NCBI GenBank assembly: GCA_003153775.1
Contig: PMBI01000082.1
Coordinates: forward strand, 46,130-110,129
DNA from: Syntrophaceae bacterium
GTDB lineage: Bacteria; Desulfobacterota; Syntrophia; Syntrophales; UBA2185
Reading direction: 5' to 3'
Length of the DNA stretch: 64,000 nt
A program made the translations under genes and the position numbers. The number at the start of each line of letters is the position of its first letter. Position 1 is the first letter of the stretch. Shown here piece after piece: positions 1 to 9,396 of this stretch. Under the pieces are notes generated by a model that made no database searches, was not told where the DNA came from, and saw only the letters and a program-made list of their open reading frames with translations.

Positions 1-1
1 C

Positions 2-2839
2 CGCAACATCGACGGAGCGGCCCGTGACGTCCAGGCTGCGATCAATGCGGCCCGATCCTACCTGCCGGCTGCCCTTCCTTCGAACCCGAATTATCGCAAG
101 GTGAACCCGGCGGAGGCGCCTATCCTCATTCTGGCCCTCACGTCCGATACGGTCGGAAGGGCACAGATGTACGACGCGGCGTCGACCATCCTCCAGCAAA
201 AACTCTCCCAAGTGGAAGGCGTCGGACAGGTGATAGTCGGCGGCGGATCATTGCCGGCGGTGCGTGTGGAGTTAAATCCCCTGTCACTGAGCAAGTATGG
301 GATCGGCCTTAACGACGTGCGTACTGCGCTCGCTACCACCAACGTGAACCGGCCCAAAGGTCAGCTGGCAAACGGCGAGAAGACATGGGAGATCAAAACG
401 AATGATCAGATGTACAAAGCGGAACTGTACCGTCCGATCATCGTTGCCTTCCAGTCGGGGGCGGCGGTAAGACTGTCTGATGTCGCCGATGTGCAGGATT
501 CGGTGGAGGATATACGCAACGCGGGTCTGGTAAACGGCAAACCCTCCATTATGGTAATCGTGTACCGTCAGCCGGGGATGAATATCATCGAGACTGTGGA
601 CCGCGTCGTTGAACTCCTGCCTCAGCTTGAAGCCTCCATTCCCGGAGCAATCAACCTCTCCGTCGTTCTCGACCGCACGACGTCAATTCGCGCCTCATTG
701 AGGGATGTCGAGCGCACCCTTGTCATCTCCGGTATACTCGTAATTCTGGTCGTATTTGCGTTCCTGAGGCATTTTCGGAGCGCCCTCATTCCAAGCATTG
801 CCGTGCCCGTATCGCTCATCACCACCTTTGGAGTCATGTACCTCTGCAACTACAGCCTCGATAACCTTTCCCTCATGGCGCTGACAATTGCCACGGGGTT
901 TGTCGTTGATGATGCGATTGTCGTCCTCGAAAACATCACCCGTCACTTGGAAAAGGGCGTTCCTTCCCATGAGGCCGCCTTACTGGGTGCGCGGGAGATC
1001 GGCTTCACCGTCCTTTCAATCAGCGTTTCCCTCGTGGCGGTGTTCATCCCTATCCTCCTCATGGGAGGGATGTTGGGGCGTCTCTTCCGCGAGTTCGCCG
1101 TGACGCTCTCTGCTGCCATTATGGTGTCTCTCGTGGTGTCGCTGACTGTCACGCCCATGATGTGCGCATATCTTCTGAAAACGGAAAAAGTTCGAACCCA
1201 CGGACGGCTGTTTAATATGAGCGGGCGCCTGTTTGACAGGATGCATCAGGGTTACGAAAAAAGCCTGTCCTGGGCGCTGAAACGCCAGCCACTCATGCTT
1301 GCCGTGATGCTCTCCACACTTGTGATCAGCATCATGCTCTTCATCATCGTTCCGAAAGGATTCTTTCCTCAGCAGGATACAGGCCGCCTGACAGGGACGA
1401 TACTCGCGGCCCAGGACATATCGTTCCAATCGATGAGAGACAAAATGGCGGCGATCGTGGACATAATCGGAAACGACCCGGCCGTGGAAACGGTAGCCGC
1501 ATTCACCGGCGGCGGCGGCGGGCGAGCGACAACGAATACGGGGCGGATGTTCATCGCCCTGAAACCCATAGAGGAGAGGAAGCTTAGCGCCGACCAGGTA
1601 ATCGCAAGACTTCGCAAAAAAATCAGCAGCGTTCCGGGAGCTCCTGCATATCTCCAGGCGGTACAGGACGTGCGTGCGGGGGGAAGGATGAGCGGGGGCC
1701 AATATCAGTACACGCTCCAGGGGGAAAACCTGATGGATCTCATGACATGGTGCCCCCTTATAGAACAGCGATTGCGCGAGGTCCCCGGCATTGTCGACGT
1801 GAACAGCGATCAGCAGAACAAAGGGCTTCAGGCGTCGCTTGTTATCGATCGCGCCACGGCGTCGCGCCTGGGTGTCAGCCCGCAGGTAATCGATGATACG
1901 CTTTACAGCGCGTTCGGCCAGCGGCAGGTATCGATCATGTACACGCCTCTGAATCAGTACCATGTTATAATGGAGGTCGAGCCACGCTTCTGGCAGCGCC
2001 CGGAGACACTCCGCTATATCTATGTGCCGTCATCGACTGGGGCGCTCATTCCCCTCAGCGCCTTCACCCATTACGATATGACGCAGACGTCGCTCGCAAT
2101 CAGCCATCAGGGACAATTCCCGTCAGTGACGCTGTCATTCAACCTCGCGCCGGGACTTGCCTTGGGCGATGCAGTGAAAGCGATCGACACCGCCACGCGG
2201 AAGATGGGATTGCCTTCGAGCATTCACGGCAGCTTTCAGGGGACGGCCCAAATATTTCAGGCATCCCTCGCCAATCAGCCCCTCCTGATCCTTGCTGCGC
2301 TGGTAGCGGTCTACATCGTCCTCGGCGTGTTGTACGAGAGTTACATCCATCCGCTTACCATTCTCTCGACGCTGCCTTCGGCGGGTGTCGGGGCATTCGT
2401 AGCTTTGCTGGTCTCGGGCACGGAGCTGACCATCATCGCCCTGATCGGACTCATCCTGCTCATCGGCATCGTGAAGAAAAACGGCATCATGATGGTGGAC
2501 TTTGCCCTGGCGGCTGAACGCAATGAAGGGAAACGCCCGGAAGACGCCATCTATCAGGCGTGTCTGCTGCGGTTCCGTCCGATCATGATGACGACCATGG
2601 CGGCCCTCCTGGGAGCGCTGCCCCTTGCCATTGGATTCGGCGTCGGGTCCGAACTCCGCCGTCCCCTCGGTATCGCCATCGTCGGCGGATTGATCTTCAG
2701 CCAGATGCTTACGCTCTATACGACTCCCGTGGTGTACCTCTATCTTGACCGTCTGCGGCTTCGCCTGCAAAAAAGAAAGACGGAGAGGAAGAGGTTGGCT
2801 GTCCACAATGTACCTGCCGGTGCGCCGGATGTGCAGTGA
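2..2839 (+). CDS. RND multidrug efflux permease (AcrB/MdtB/MdtC family), 5'-truncated by the window edge
   Basis: The frame is open from base 2 (RNIDGAARDVQAAINAARSYLP...), so the GTG at 101 is internal. The sequence is a long polytopic RND protein with the GFVVDDAIVVLENI motif. An outer-membrane factor gene follows. Confidence 0.9.
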   Translation, partial: RNIDGAARDVQAAINAARSYLPAALPSNPNYRKVNPAEAPILILALTSDTVGRAQMYDAASTILQQKLSQVEGVGQVIVGGGSLPAVRVELNPLSLSKYGIGLNDVRTALATTNVNRPKGQLANGEKTWEIKTNDQMYKAELYRPIIVAFQSGAAVRLSDVADVQDSVEDIRNAGLVNGKPSIMVIVYRQPGMNIIETVDRVVELLPQLEASIPGAINLSVVLDRTTSIRASLRDVERTLVISGILVILVVFAFLRHFRSALIPSIAVPVSLITTFGVMYLCNYSLDNLSLMALTIATGFVVDDAIVVLENITRHLEKGVPSHEAALLGAREIGFTVLSISVSLVAVFIPILLMGGMLGRLFREFAVTLSAAIMVSLVVSLTVTPMMCAYLLKTEKVRTHGRLFNMSGRLFDRMHQGYEKSLSWALKRQPLMLAVMLSTLVISIMLFIIVPKGFFPQQDTGRLTGTILAAQDISFQSMRDKMAAIVDIIGNDPAVETVAAFTGGGGGRATTNTGRMFIALKPIEERKLSADQVIARLRKKISSVPGAPAYLQAVQDVRAGGRMSGGQYQYTLQGENLMDLMTWCPLIEQRLREVPGIVDVNSDQQNKGLQASLVIDRATASRLGVSPQVIDDTLYSAFGQRQVSIMYTPLNQYHVIMEVEPRFWQRPETLRYIYVPSSTGALIPLSAFTHYDMTQTSLAISHQGQFPSVTLSFNLAPGLALGDAVKAIDTATRKMGLPSSIHGSFQGTAQIFQASLANQPLLILAALVAVYIVLGVLYESYIHPLTILSTLPSAGVGAFVALLVSGTELTIIALIGLILLIGIVKKNGIMMVDFALAAERNEGKRPEDAIYQACLLRFRPIMMTTMAALLGALPLAIGFGVGSELRRPLGIAIVGGLIFSQMLTLYTTPVVYLYLDRLRLRLQKRKTERKRLAVHNVPAGAPDVQ

Positions 2840-2924
2840 TCGGATGCGGAGGGCGGCATGTTCAAAAAAATCGTTGTTTGCGGGAGTCCATCTTGGTAAG
2901 ATGAACCGGCAGAAGGAATAATAT

Positions 2925-4421
2925 ATGATTCATCATAAGTCAGGGTATCGAGAATGGGCAAAGCCGCGCAGTCTTGCAATTGCCGCCGTTGCGGGGATGC
3001 TTGTCATTTTCACCGCGTGTGCGGTCGGACCTGACTATGTCAGGCCGAAAGACGAAGCGCCCGCCGCCTACAAGGAGGCAGCAGAGTGGAAGGTGGCACA
3101 GCCGCAGGAGGCCGTCGTCCGCGGAGCCTGGTGGAAGATATTTCAAGACCCTCAGCTTGACACCCTCGAAGAGCAGGTGAATATATCGAATCAGAATGTT
3201 GCCGCTGCGGAAGCGCAATTCAGGCAGGCGCGCGCCGCCGTGCAGGCTGCGCGTGCAGGCTATTTCCCTAATCTCTCAATCGGAGCCCAGGCCACTCGTT
3301 CCCTCGCATCAGGTAATGCCGGCAACGCTCTTGGTACGACGAACCAGGTTTCCGACCTGCTGTTGACAGGGACGGCCTCGTGGGAACCGGATATCTGGGG
3401 CAAGGTCCGTCGTACTGTCGAGGCAAGCCAGGCAGGCGCCCAGGCAAGCGCAGCAGACCTGGAATCGCTCCGCCTCAGCACCCAGGCTGCGCTGGCGCAA
3501 AACTATTTCCAACTCTGCGCGCTCGACGCTCAAAAAAAGCTTCTCGATGCGACGGCGGCGGCATTCCAGAAATCTATGGACATGACGGAGAGGCGCTACG
3601 CGAGCGGTGTGTCATCCAGGGCCGATGTCCTTCAGGCGGAGACACAGCTCAAAACCACGCAGGCGCAGGCGATCGATGTAGGGGTGCAGCGCTCCCAATT
3701 GGAGCATGCAATCGCACTCCTCGTGGGTAAACCGCCGTCTGGTTTATCCGTCCCCGCAACGCCCCTCGCGGCGACGCCGGTCGCCGTACCTTTCGGCATT
3801 CCTTCGGAGCTCCTTGAACGGAGGCCGGACATCGCCGCTGCGGAACGGCGCGTAGCGGCAGCGAATGCCCAGATCGGGGTTGCCAAGGCGGCCTATTTCC
3901 CGAACGTTGTCTTGAATGCAACGGGCGGATTTGAATCTTCGCATCTGTCCGACTGGCTCTCCTGGCCGAGCCGCCTCTGGTCTGTCGGCCTGGCCCTGAC
4001 GGAGACCGTATTCGATGCGGGTCTGAGGAGCGCCCTTACAGACCAGGCACGGGCAGCCTATGACGCGACGGTGGCGTCTTATCGCCAAACTGTGCTGGGG
4101 GGATTTCAGGAAGTGGAGGACAATCTCGCTGCGCTCCGGATACTGGAAGAAGAATCCCGCATCCAGGGCGAAGCGGTAAGCGCCGCGCGCCGATCATTGG
4201 AGGTCAGCATGAACCAATACAGAGCAGGAACAATAAGCTATATCGAAGTGGTGACCGTGCAGACTATCCTGCTTGCAAACGAAAGAACAGCCATCGACAT
4301 CCTCAGCCGCCGCATGGCTGCGAGCGTCCTCCTGATCAAAGCGATAGGCGGCGGTTGGAATTCCGCCTCGCTCCCGTCAAACAAGGAACTCAACAGCAGC
4401 AGGGATGACAAGCGCGATTAA
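2925..4421 (+). CDS. Efflux outer-membrane factor lipoprotein (NodT/OprM family)
   Basis: 498 aa with a signal peptide and lipobox (LVIFTAC). It has the Ala/Gln-rich two-repeat TolC-like sequence and lies 85 nt downstream of the RND gene. Confidence 0.85.
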   Translation: MIHHKSGYREWAKPRSLAIAAVAGMLVIFTACAVGPDYVRPKDEAPAAYKEAAEWKVAQPQEAVVRGAWWKIFQDPQLDTLEEQVNISNQNVAAAEAQFRQARAAVQAARAGYFPNLSIGAQATRSLASGNAGNALGTTNQVSDLLLTGTASWEPDIWGKVRRTVEASQAGAQASAADLESLRLSTQAALAQNYFQLCALDAQKKLLDATAAAFQKSMDMTERRYASGVSSRADVLQAETQLKTTQAQAIDVGVQRSQLEHAIALLVGKPPSGLSVPATPLAATPVAVPFGIPSELLERRPDIAAAERRVAAANAQIGVAKAAYFPNVVLNATGGFESSHLSDWLSWPSRLWSVGLALTETVFDAGLRSALTDQARAAYDATVASYRQTVLGGFQEVEDNLAALRILEEESRIQGEAVSAARRSLEVSMNQYRAGTISYIEVVTVQTILLANERTAIDILSRRMAASVLLIKAIGGGWNSASLPSNKELNSSRDDKRD

Positions 4422-4454
4422 CCGGCGCCTACCTGTCCGCCTCTTAAGAGTGAT

Positions 4455-4874
4455 CTACTCACCGATAATCTTGACGAGCACCCTTTTCTTTCGCCTGCCG
4501 TCAAATTCGCCGTAAAAGATTTGCTCCCACGGGCCGAAATCGAGCCTGCCCTCACTAATCGCGACGACCACTTCCCTTCCCATGATCTGACGCTTCAAAT
4601 GGGCATCACCGTTATCCTCACCCGTGCGATTGTGGCGATACTTTGAAACAGGTTCATGGGGCGCCAGCTTCTCCAGCCATTCTTCATAGTCCTGATGGAG
4701 GCCGGACTCGTCGTCGTTGATGAAAACGGAAGCCGTGATGTGCATCGCGTTTATAAGTGCGATGCCGTCGGTTATTCCGCTATCCTGGAGGCATTCTTCC
4801 ACCTGTGGCGTGACGTTCACGAAAGCACGACGGGTTGGAATGTTGAACCAAAGGTCTTTCCTGTAAGATTTCAT
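4455..4874 (-). CDS. yjbQ: YjbQ/UPF0047 family protein (secondary thiamine-phosphate synthase-like)
   Basis: 139 aa. Family-typical [18 protein letters not shown] and [17 protein letters not shown] segments. Confidence 0.8.
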   Translation of the reverse strand: MKSYRKDLWFNIPTRRAFVNVTPQVEECLQDSGITDGIALINAMHITASVFINDDESGLHQDYEEWLEKLAPHEPVSKYRHNRTGEDNGDAHLKRQIMGREVVVAISEGRLDFGPWEQIFYGEFDGRRKKRVLVKIIGE

Positions 4875-4950
4875 TTTTCATTCTCCTCATGTGAAATGCA
4901 GAATTAGAATTAAATTTGTTTTTGTCAATTGGACGGGTGAACTCTTAAAA
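4815..4950. repeat. Copy A of a ~135-bp imperfect direct repeat (yjbQ codons 1-20 plus upstream region)
   Basis: By-eye alignment with 7550-7685 in the same orientation. The core acgggttggaatgttgaaccaaag is identical in both copies. Confidence 0.8.
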
Positions 4951-5351
4951 ATATTATCTCAGGTTTCTTCTTGAAAGCAACACGGAAAGTCGAAGACAGG
5001 ATATGCTAATCGTCAAATACAAAGCAGCAGGAAAGATCGGTAGATGATATCGTTGAATTCGGTGGAGAGCGCATTCCCCGCGCATACAGACTGCGCCGCC
5101 TTCCCGCAGAATTGTTTTTAAAATCTTGACCCTCCATTCTCCATTATAATCGGAAATAAACGAAGAAGCCGTAACCTGTATCGGAGATATTTCTGCACCG
5201 AGGGATATAAAATGGCAGAAATCTAATTTTGAATGTGGTACAACTTCCGGGGGCAGGTCAGAATGTACACTGCGTGGAAAAGATAAAAGATTATTTGGGA
5301 AGAGTCACTCTGAAATTGAAGTATCGACTTCAGACTATAGAAAGGTAATCC

Positions 5352-5996
5352 ATGAAGCTCAAGATACCCTACTACGCTCAGAGTTCCGAATTCAGCTGCG
5401 GACCCGCTTGTGTGCTGATGATTTTCAAGTTTTTTAACCCCAGCCTTAAGCTGAATCGTACCCTGGAGTTTGAGGTATGGCGTCAATGCAACATGATCGG
5501 AGTAAAAGGCGCAGACCCTTTCGGGATGAGTGTCCCGTTGTTAGATGCCGGCTATGAGGTCCACCTGTTAACGCAACGCAGGAGTGTGAGCGACCCTGAT
5601 TTGTGGAGCAGCAGGATGCAGGAACTTAGGTTGACCCCGGAAGACGAGGATTTAGCTGTTTTCGGTATTGCCGAGAATAAGAAGCGCGCTCTGGGCCGTG
5701 GCTTGACTGTGGTGTACAGCCAATTGACGGTCGAGCGGGTCGCTAAGTCCTTCTATGAAGGGTTCATCCCGATAGCATTGGTACACATGGGAGTGGTGCA
5801 CCAGCTGGACATACCTCATTGGGTAGTAGTGACGGACGTCGGAGATAATGATGTAGCCTTCAACGACCCCTATCCTCCCAAAGGGGGAAAGAACATTTGC
5901 GTGAGCCGGGAGGAATTCCGGCAGATGCTCGGTGCTGTTGGAACTCGGTTCGGTCTCAGCCCGTCGGTTATCTTTATCAGAAACTGCAACCAGTAA
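5352..5996 (+). CDS. Cytoplasmic peptidase C39-like (papain-fold) cysteine peptidase domain protein
   Basis: 214 aa. YYAQSSEFSCGPACVLMI supplies the Gln/Cys, IPHWVVV the His and FNDP the Asp of a C39-type arrangement. There is no signal peptide. Confidence 0.65.
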   Translation: MKLKIPYYAQSSEFSCGPACVLMIFKFFNPSLKLNRTLEFEVWRQCNMIGVKGADPFGMSVPLLDAGYEVHLLTQRRSVSDPDLWSSRMQELRLTPEDEDLAVFGIAENKKRALGRGLTVVYSQLTVERVAKSFYEGFIPIALVHMGVVHQLDIPHWVVVTDVGDNDVAFNDPYPPKGGKNICVSREEFRQMLGAVGTRFGLSPSVIFIRNCNQ

Positions 5997-6038
5997 AGGA
6001 ACCGGACTTTACGAATACAAAGAGGTAAACCCGAGCCT

Positions 6039-6950
6039 TTAAGATTTTATCGTAAGGGAGTACGACTTTAGCATCTCAACGGGATGATAGGATTTTTTCG
6101 ATTGGGCGAGGGTTGCAAGGTCCATATCACTCTCTTTGTTCATAAACACATATCCATGGAAGAGTTCCTTGGCACACTCATTGTCCAGAAACTGGTAAAG
6201 ACCTTTGATGTAGGGATAGGCCTTTTCAAAATTGAGGACGCCCATATCCTGCGTTAAATGGGACATGACGGCAAAGGCGCAGATCTCACCGTCTATCCGC
6301 ACACATAACCCGCGCCAGTCCAGCTCTCCTATGGTATGGAGCGCCTCAATGACCGCTGCCTTCTCACAGGTCATATTTTTCTCCTGCTCTTTGTCACATT
6401 CCTGCAGATCACACCATTTTTCAAGAAAGTCGAGACACTCGGGAACATCTTTTTCTGTGATCATCCCCGCGGTCGCCCGGTTATGATTAAGATATTCACG
6501 AGTAAACTGGTGAATCAGATTCCGTTTTTTTGCGTATCGATTTCCCTTGAGTTCGACGAGATCCTGGGTGAGATAGAGATAGTCCTCATACTCTTTCTGC
6601 TCAGTGATATCGAAATAAGGATGGAGCGAGTTCTCCCCCACTTCCTGCAGATAATCCCCGGGAACAAAACATATCCGCTCGCATCCCATCGCCATGACAA
6701 GTTCTTTCAGGGCAGCGGGTGCAGGCCGGCCATTTCCACCCACGGGCAGAATCAAGTATCCTTTGTCGTCATGGTCCATGATTTTCCTGGTCACGACGAT
6801 CACCTCGCCATCTGCAATCTCGTAATGAGATTCGAAGCAGTCGCCGTTCCAGGCAATGATCGAAGGCAGGGAATAGGTGCTGAGGCGGTGCGGCTGACGC
6901 TCAAAGAAGCTCTTCAACAACGGATAGTCTGCTCTGGTTAGTGGCTTCAT
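6039..6950 (-). CDS. Stand-alone DUF2156 protein (MprF C-terminal / aminoacyl-tRNA transferase fold), soluble
   Basis: 303 aa. Family-typical DYLYLTQDLVELKGNRYAKKRNLIHQF and NFEKAY...NKESDMDLATLAQSKKSYHP segments, with no TM segments. Its ATG overlaps the stop of the upstream GNAT gene (ATGA). Confidence 0.7.
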   Translation of the reverse strand: MKPLTRADYPLLKSFFERQPHRLSTYSLPSIIAWNGDCFESHYEIADGEVIVVTRKIMDHDDKGYLILPVGGNGRPAPAALKELVMAMGCERICFVPGDYLQEVGENSLHPYFDITEQKEYEDYLYLTQDLVELKGNRYAKKRNLIHQFTREYLNHNRATAGMITEKDVPECLDFLEKWCDLQECDKEQEKNMTCEKAAVIEALHTIGELDWRGLCVRIDGEICAFAVMSHLTQDMGVLNFEKAYPYIKGLYQFLDNECAKELFHGYVFMNKESDMDLATLAQSKKSYHPVEMLKSYSLTIKS

Positions 6951-7381
6951 CGCTTATAATCAATCTTCAGCAGCATCGGCAGAGAAAAAGGCATTTCCTC
7001 AAATCCTATTTTTCGATATAAGGAATGGGTGCGATTTTGAGCGATCAAACCGATCCACCGCATGTTGTCACTACGGAGACGACCCACGATTTCTTCGACA
7101 ATCCTTGTTCCGATCCCCTGATGTCGAAGTCTGGGGGAAACGGTCACATCGTGAATATAGGCGTCATTCACACGATCGCTGATTGCCCGACCCATCCCCC
7201 TAATCTCGTTTCCGTCTCTGACGGTCAAAAAGCAGTGACTCCCCGAAATGATGCGACGGATCAACTCGTGATTTCCATTATCCTGCTCATCCCACCAGCC
7301 GGCTTCCCGGTATAAGGCCGCGATCTGCTCGATTTCCCCAGGATTGGGGTCGGTTATAAACTGATATTTATACTCTATCAT
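6947..7381 (-). CDS. GNAT family N-acetyltransferase
   Basis: Acetyl-CoA motif RLRHQGIGTRIVEEIV. I chose the ATG at 7381 (MIEYKYQ...). A TTG at 7417 is an alternative start. The gene is translationally coupled to the DUF2156 gene. Confidence 0.75.
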   Translation of the reverse strand: MIEYKYQFITDPNPGEIEQIAALYREAGWWDEQDNGNHELIRRIISGSHCFLTVRDGNEIRGMGRAISDRVNDAYIHDVTVSPRLRHQGIGTRIVEEIVGRLRSDNMRWIGLIAQNRTHSLYRKIGFEEMPFSLPMLLKIDYKR

Positions 7382-7549
7382 GTTGATAATGGTCGATGTA
7401 CATCTTCCAGACGGCAAAGGGCGGAGAGCTGATTACCGGACCTGTGACGATATGTGGTTGCCATGGCCAAGCGCCATGACGAACCAAGCATTAATCCGCC
7501 TTTCTCTTATAAAAAAATATCAAACATGAATAAATAAATCAAGGTTAAC

Positions 7550-7609
7550 GTTTACGAAAGCCCGACGGGTTGGAATGTTGAACCAAAGCCCTTACCCGTA
7601 ACATTTCAT
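7550..7609 (-). pseudogene. Decayed 5' fragment of a yjbQ paralogue (20 codons, in-frame stop at codon 6)
   Basis: It translates as [19 protein letters not shown], against [20 protein letters not shown] for the intact yjbQ at 4815-4874. Similarity ends at codon 20. Confidence 0.75.
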
Positions 7610-7685
7610 TTCTTATGCTCTTATGCGAAATGCAAAATAAAAAAATAACTTCACTTTTGTTAAGCAAATGGATGAACTCTTATTA
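7550..7685. repeat. Copy B of the ~135-bp imperfect direct repeat
   Basis: Same orientation as 4815-4950. It includes the former yjbQ upstream region (...gcgaaatgcaaaat...gatgaactctta). Confidence 0.8.
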
Positions 7686-7818
7686 CGGCGGCAAACAATT
7701 ATATCAATCCTGTCATTCCCGAAAATTCGGGCATCCATCCAAAATACTCGATGGGGGATCGAGTCCGGCATGACAATAGGCGTCTTAATCGGGCGCGCTT
7801 TTGGCGTAGGAGTTTTTC

Positions 7819-9396
7819 TCATTTATTTGACGATACGCAAACTTCCAATATCCGATCCACGTTGAATACTCGTCTTTCTTTGCGCATCAAGCAATAGGCA
7901 TTCATTCCGAGAAAAGGATGACCGTTGTATTCCATCTCTCCGACAGACATCGGCCTGATTGTGCGGCGCGATTTTTCGTCCTTTGCTTTTAAATAGAGAA
8001 TATCCAGATTCTTCTTCTCTCTTATAGCGGAACGAATAATTTGCAATTTATCGTCGCGAGAGCATTTTTGTTCTGCTTTATCGTATTGTGTACGTGTAAG
8101 AAATTTTACAATATGCCAATCCATCAAAACGTGACTTTTCTTCAGCGGTTGCTTCAGGATTATTCCGTCCAGAGATGTGCAGCGCGAGAGGGCAACATAC
8201 ATCTGTCCGTGGGCGAACGTTCCGCGCCCCACGTCGATGATAACATTTTCAAAGGTTTTCCCCTGGCTTTTGTGGATAGTGACGGCAAAAGCCAGGCGGA
8301 TGGGATACTGAGTGAACGACCCGACATCTTCGGAACAAAGCTCATTATCTTTTAAGAAGAAACGGTATATTTTCCAGGTATAGGGACTAATTTCCACGGA
8401 TTCGCCGTTATCTAATTTGGCGGCAATTATCTCTTCGCCGTCGTCATCCTTTTCAAATCCCGTTATTTTGCCGATGGTGCCGTTGATCCACCTTCCATAA
8501 GTATCGTTGTTCAAAAGCATTATTTGGGCGCCTTTTTTTAGTTTCAATTCCGTTGCTGTCGGCAGATATTCTTTACCAAATTCGCCGTCAATCATACCTT
8601 GCGCTTTCCATATTTTGCCGGGAAGCTTAGCCAACTGTTCCTCGTTAATGCCGTCGGCTAAATCATTAGTGCTTGTCAAAGAGAGATAAAAAGAGCCGGA
8701 AGGGGAGGTAAACTGAGAATCATAGCGCTTATTGAACAGCGCGATATCGTCATCCGTGATGGAGTTATTGCGGATAGCGTTGAGCAGGCGAATAAATTCG
8801 TTATCTTTCTGGCGATAAACTTTTTCCAACTCGACAAATTCCATATCCAGTTGTTCCAATATTTTGGCGCTGAAGAAATAAGGACTGCTATAGTACGACT
8901 GGAAGATATCTCTTTCGCGGCTGGTGACAACAGGCGGCAACTGGTAAAGATCTCCGATAAAAATCATTTGCACGCCGCCGAATGGACGTTTGGAATTGGG
9001 GCCGTTGAGGCGCAGAAATTTATCCACACAATCCAGCAGATCAGCACGTACCATGGACACTTCATCAATGAGGATGGTTGTCAACTTCTTATAGATAGAG
9101 GATTTTTCTTTGGCGGCGCCCCTTTTCTTCTTGATAGCAGTTAGAGTTACATCAGGCTTGAAATGAAAAAAAGAATGAATTGTCTGTCCGCCGACATTAA
9201 CAGCGGCAACACCGGTAGGGGCCAGGATTACTACTTTCTTTCTTGTAGTATTGCGGAAATAATTTAAGAGAGTTGATTTACCGGTGCCCGCCCGGCCGGT
9301 TATGAAGATATTCTTGTCCGTCTCTTCCATCAACTCCAGAGCATGCTTAAACTCGGGATTAAAATCAATCTCAGCCGGTTTTGCTGTCTTATTCAT
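7819..9396 (-). CDS. PIF1/RecD-family SF1B helicase with C-terminal WYL domain
   Basis: 525 aa. Walker A is GRAGTGKST and Walker B is ILIDEVSM. The AFAVTIHKSQG and ALSRC motifs are present. The C-terminal tail (LDILYLKAKDEKSRRTIRPMSVGEMEYNGHPFLGMNAYCLMRKERRVFNVDRI) has the WYL-domain pattern. The gene is visibly AT-rich. Confidence 0.85.
   Translation of the reverse strand: MNKTAKPAEIDFNPEFKHALELMEETDKNIFITGRAGTGKSTLLNYFRNTTRKKVVILAPTGVAAVNVGGQTIHSFFHFKPDVTLTAIKKKRGAAKEKSSIYKKLTTILIDEVSMVRADLLDCVDKFLRLNGPNSKRPFGGVQMIFIGDLYQLPPVVTSRERDIFQSYYSSPYFFSAKILEQLDMEFVELEKVYRQKDNEFIRLLNAIRNNSITDDDIALFNKRYDSQFTSPSGSFYLSLTSTNDLADGINEEQLAKLPGKIWKAQGMIDGEFGKEYLPTATELKLKKGAQIMLLNNDTYGRWINGTIGKITGFEKDDDGEEIIAAKLDNGESVEISPYTWKIYRFFLKDNELCSEDVGSFTQYPIRLAFAVTIHKSQGKTFENVIIDVGRGTFAHGQMYVALSRCTSLDGIILKQPLKKSHVLMDWHIVKFLTRTQYDKAEQKCSRDDKLQIIRSAIREKKNLDILYLKAKDEKSRRTIRPMSVGEMEYNGHPFLGMNAYCLMRKERRVFNVDRILEVCVSSNK

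Noticed and set aside
1016-1963. A 315-aa minus-strand ORF inside the RND pump gene. Similar long antisense ORFs occur at 14571-15233, 20664-21410, 23805-24446, 37416-38246, 39393-40625 and 56866-57615.
   Set aside because: All lie entirely within well-supported genes on the opposite strand. Their translations are Arg/His/Gly/Pro-rich and low in complexity, with no recognisable domains. They are typical shadow ORFs of GC-rich coding DNA.
7613-7865. Two small overlapping ORFs (69 aa minus strand, 65 aa plus strand) in the 7.4-7.8 kb intergenic region.
   Set aside because: They run through the decayed yjbQ upstream repeat and AT-rich spacer. They have no RBS and no recognisable family.
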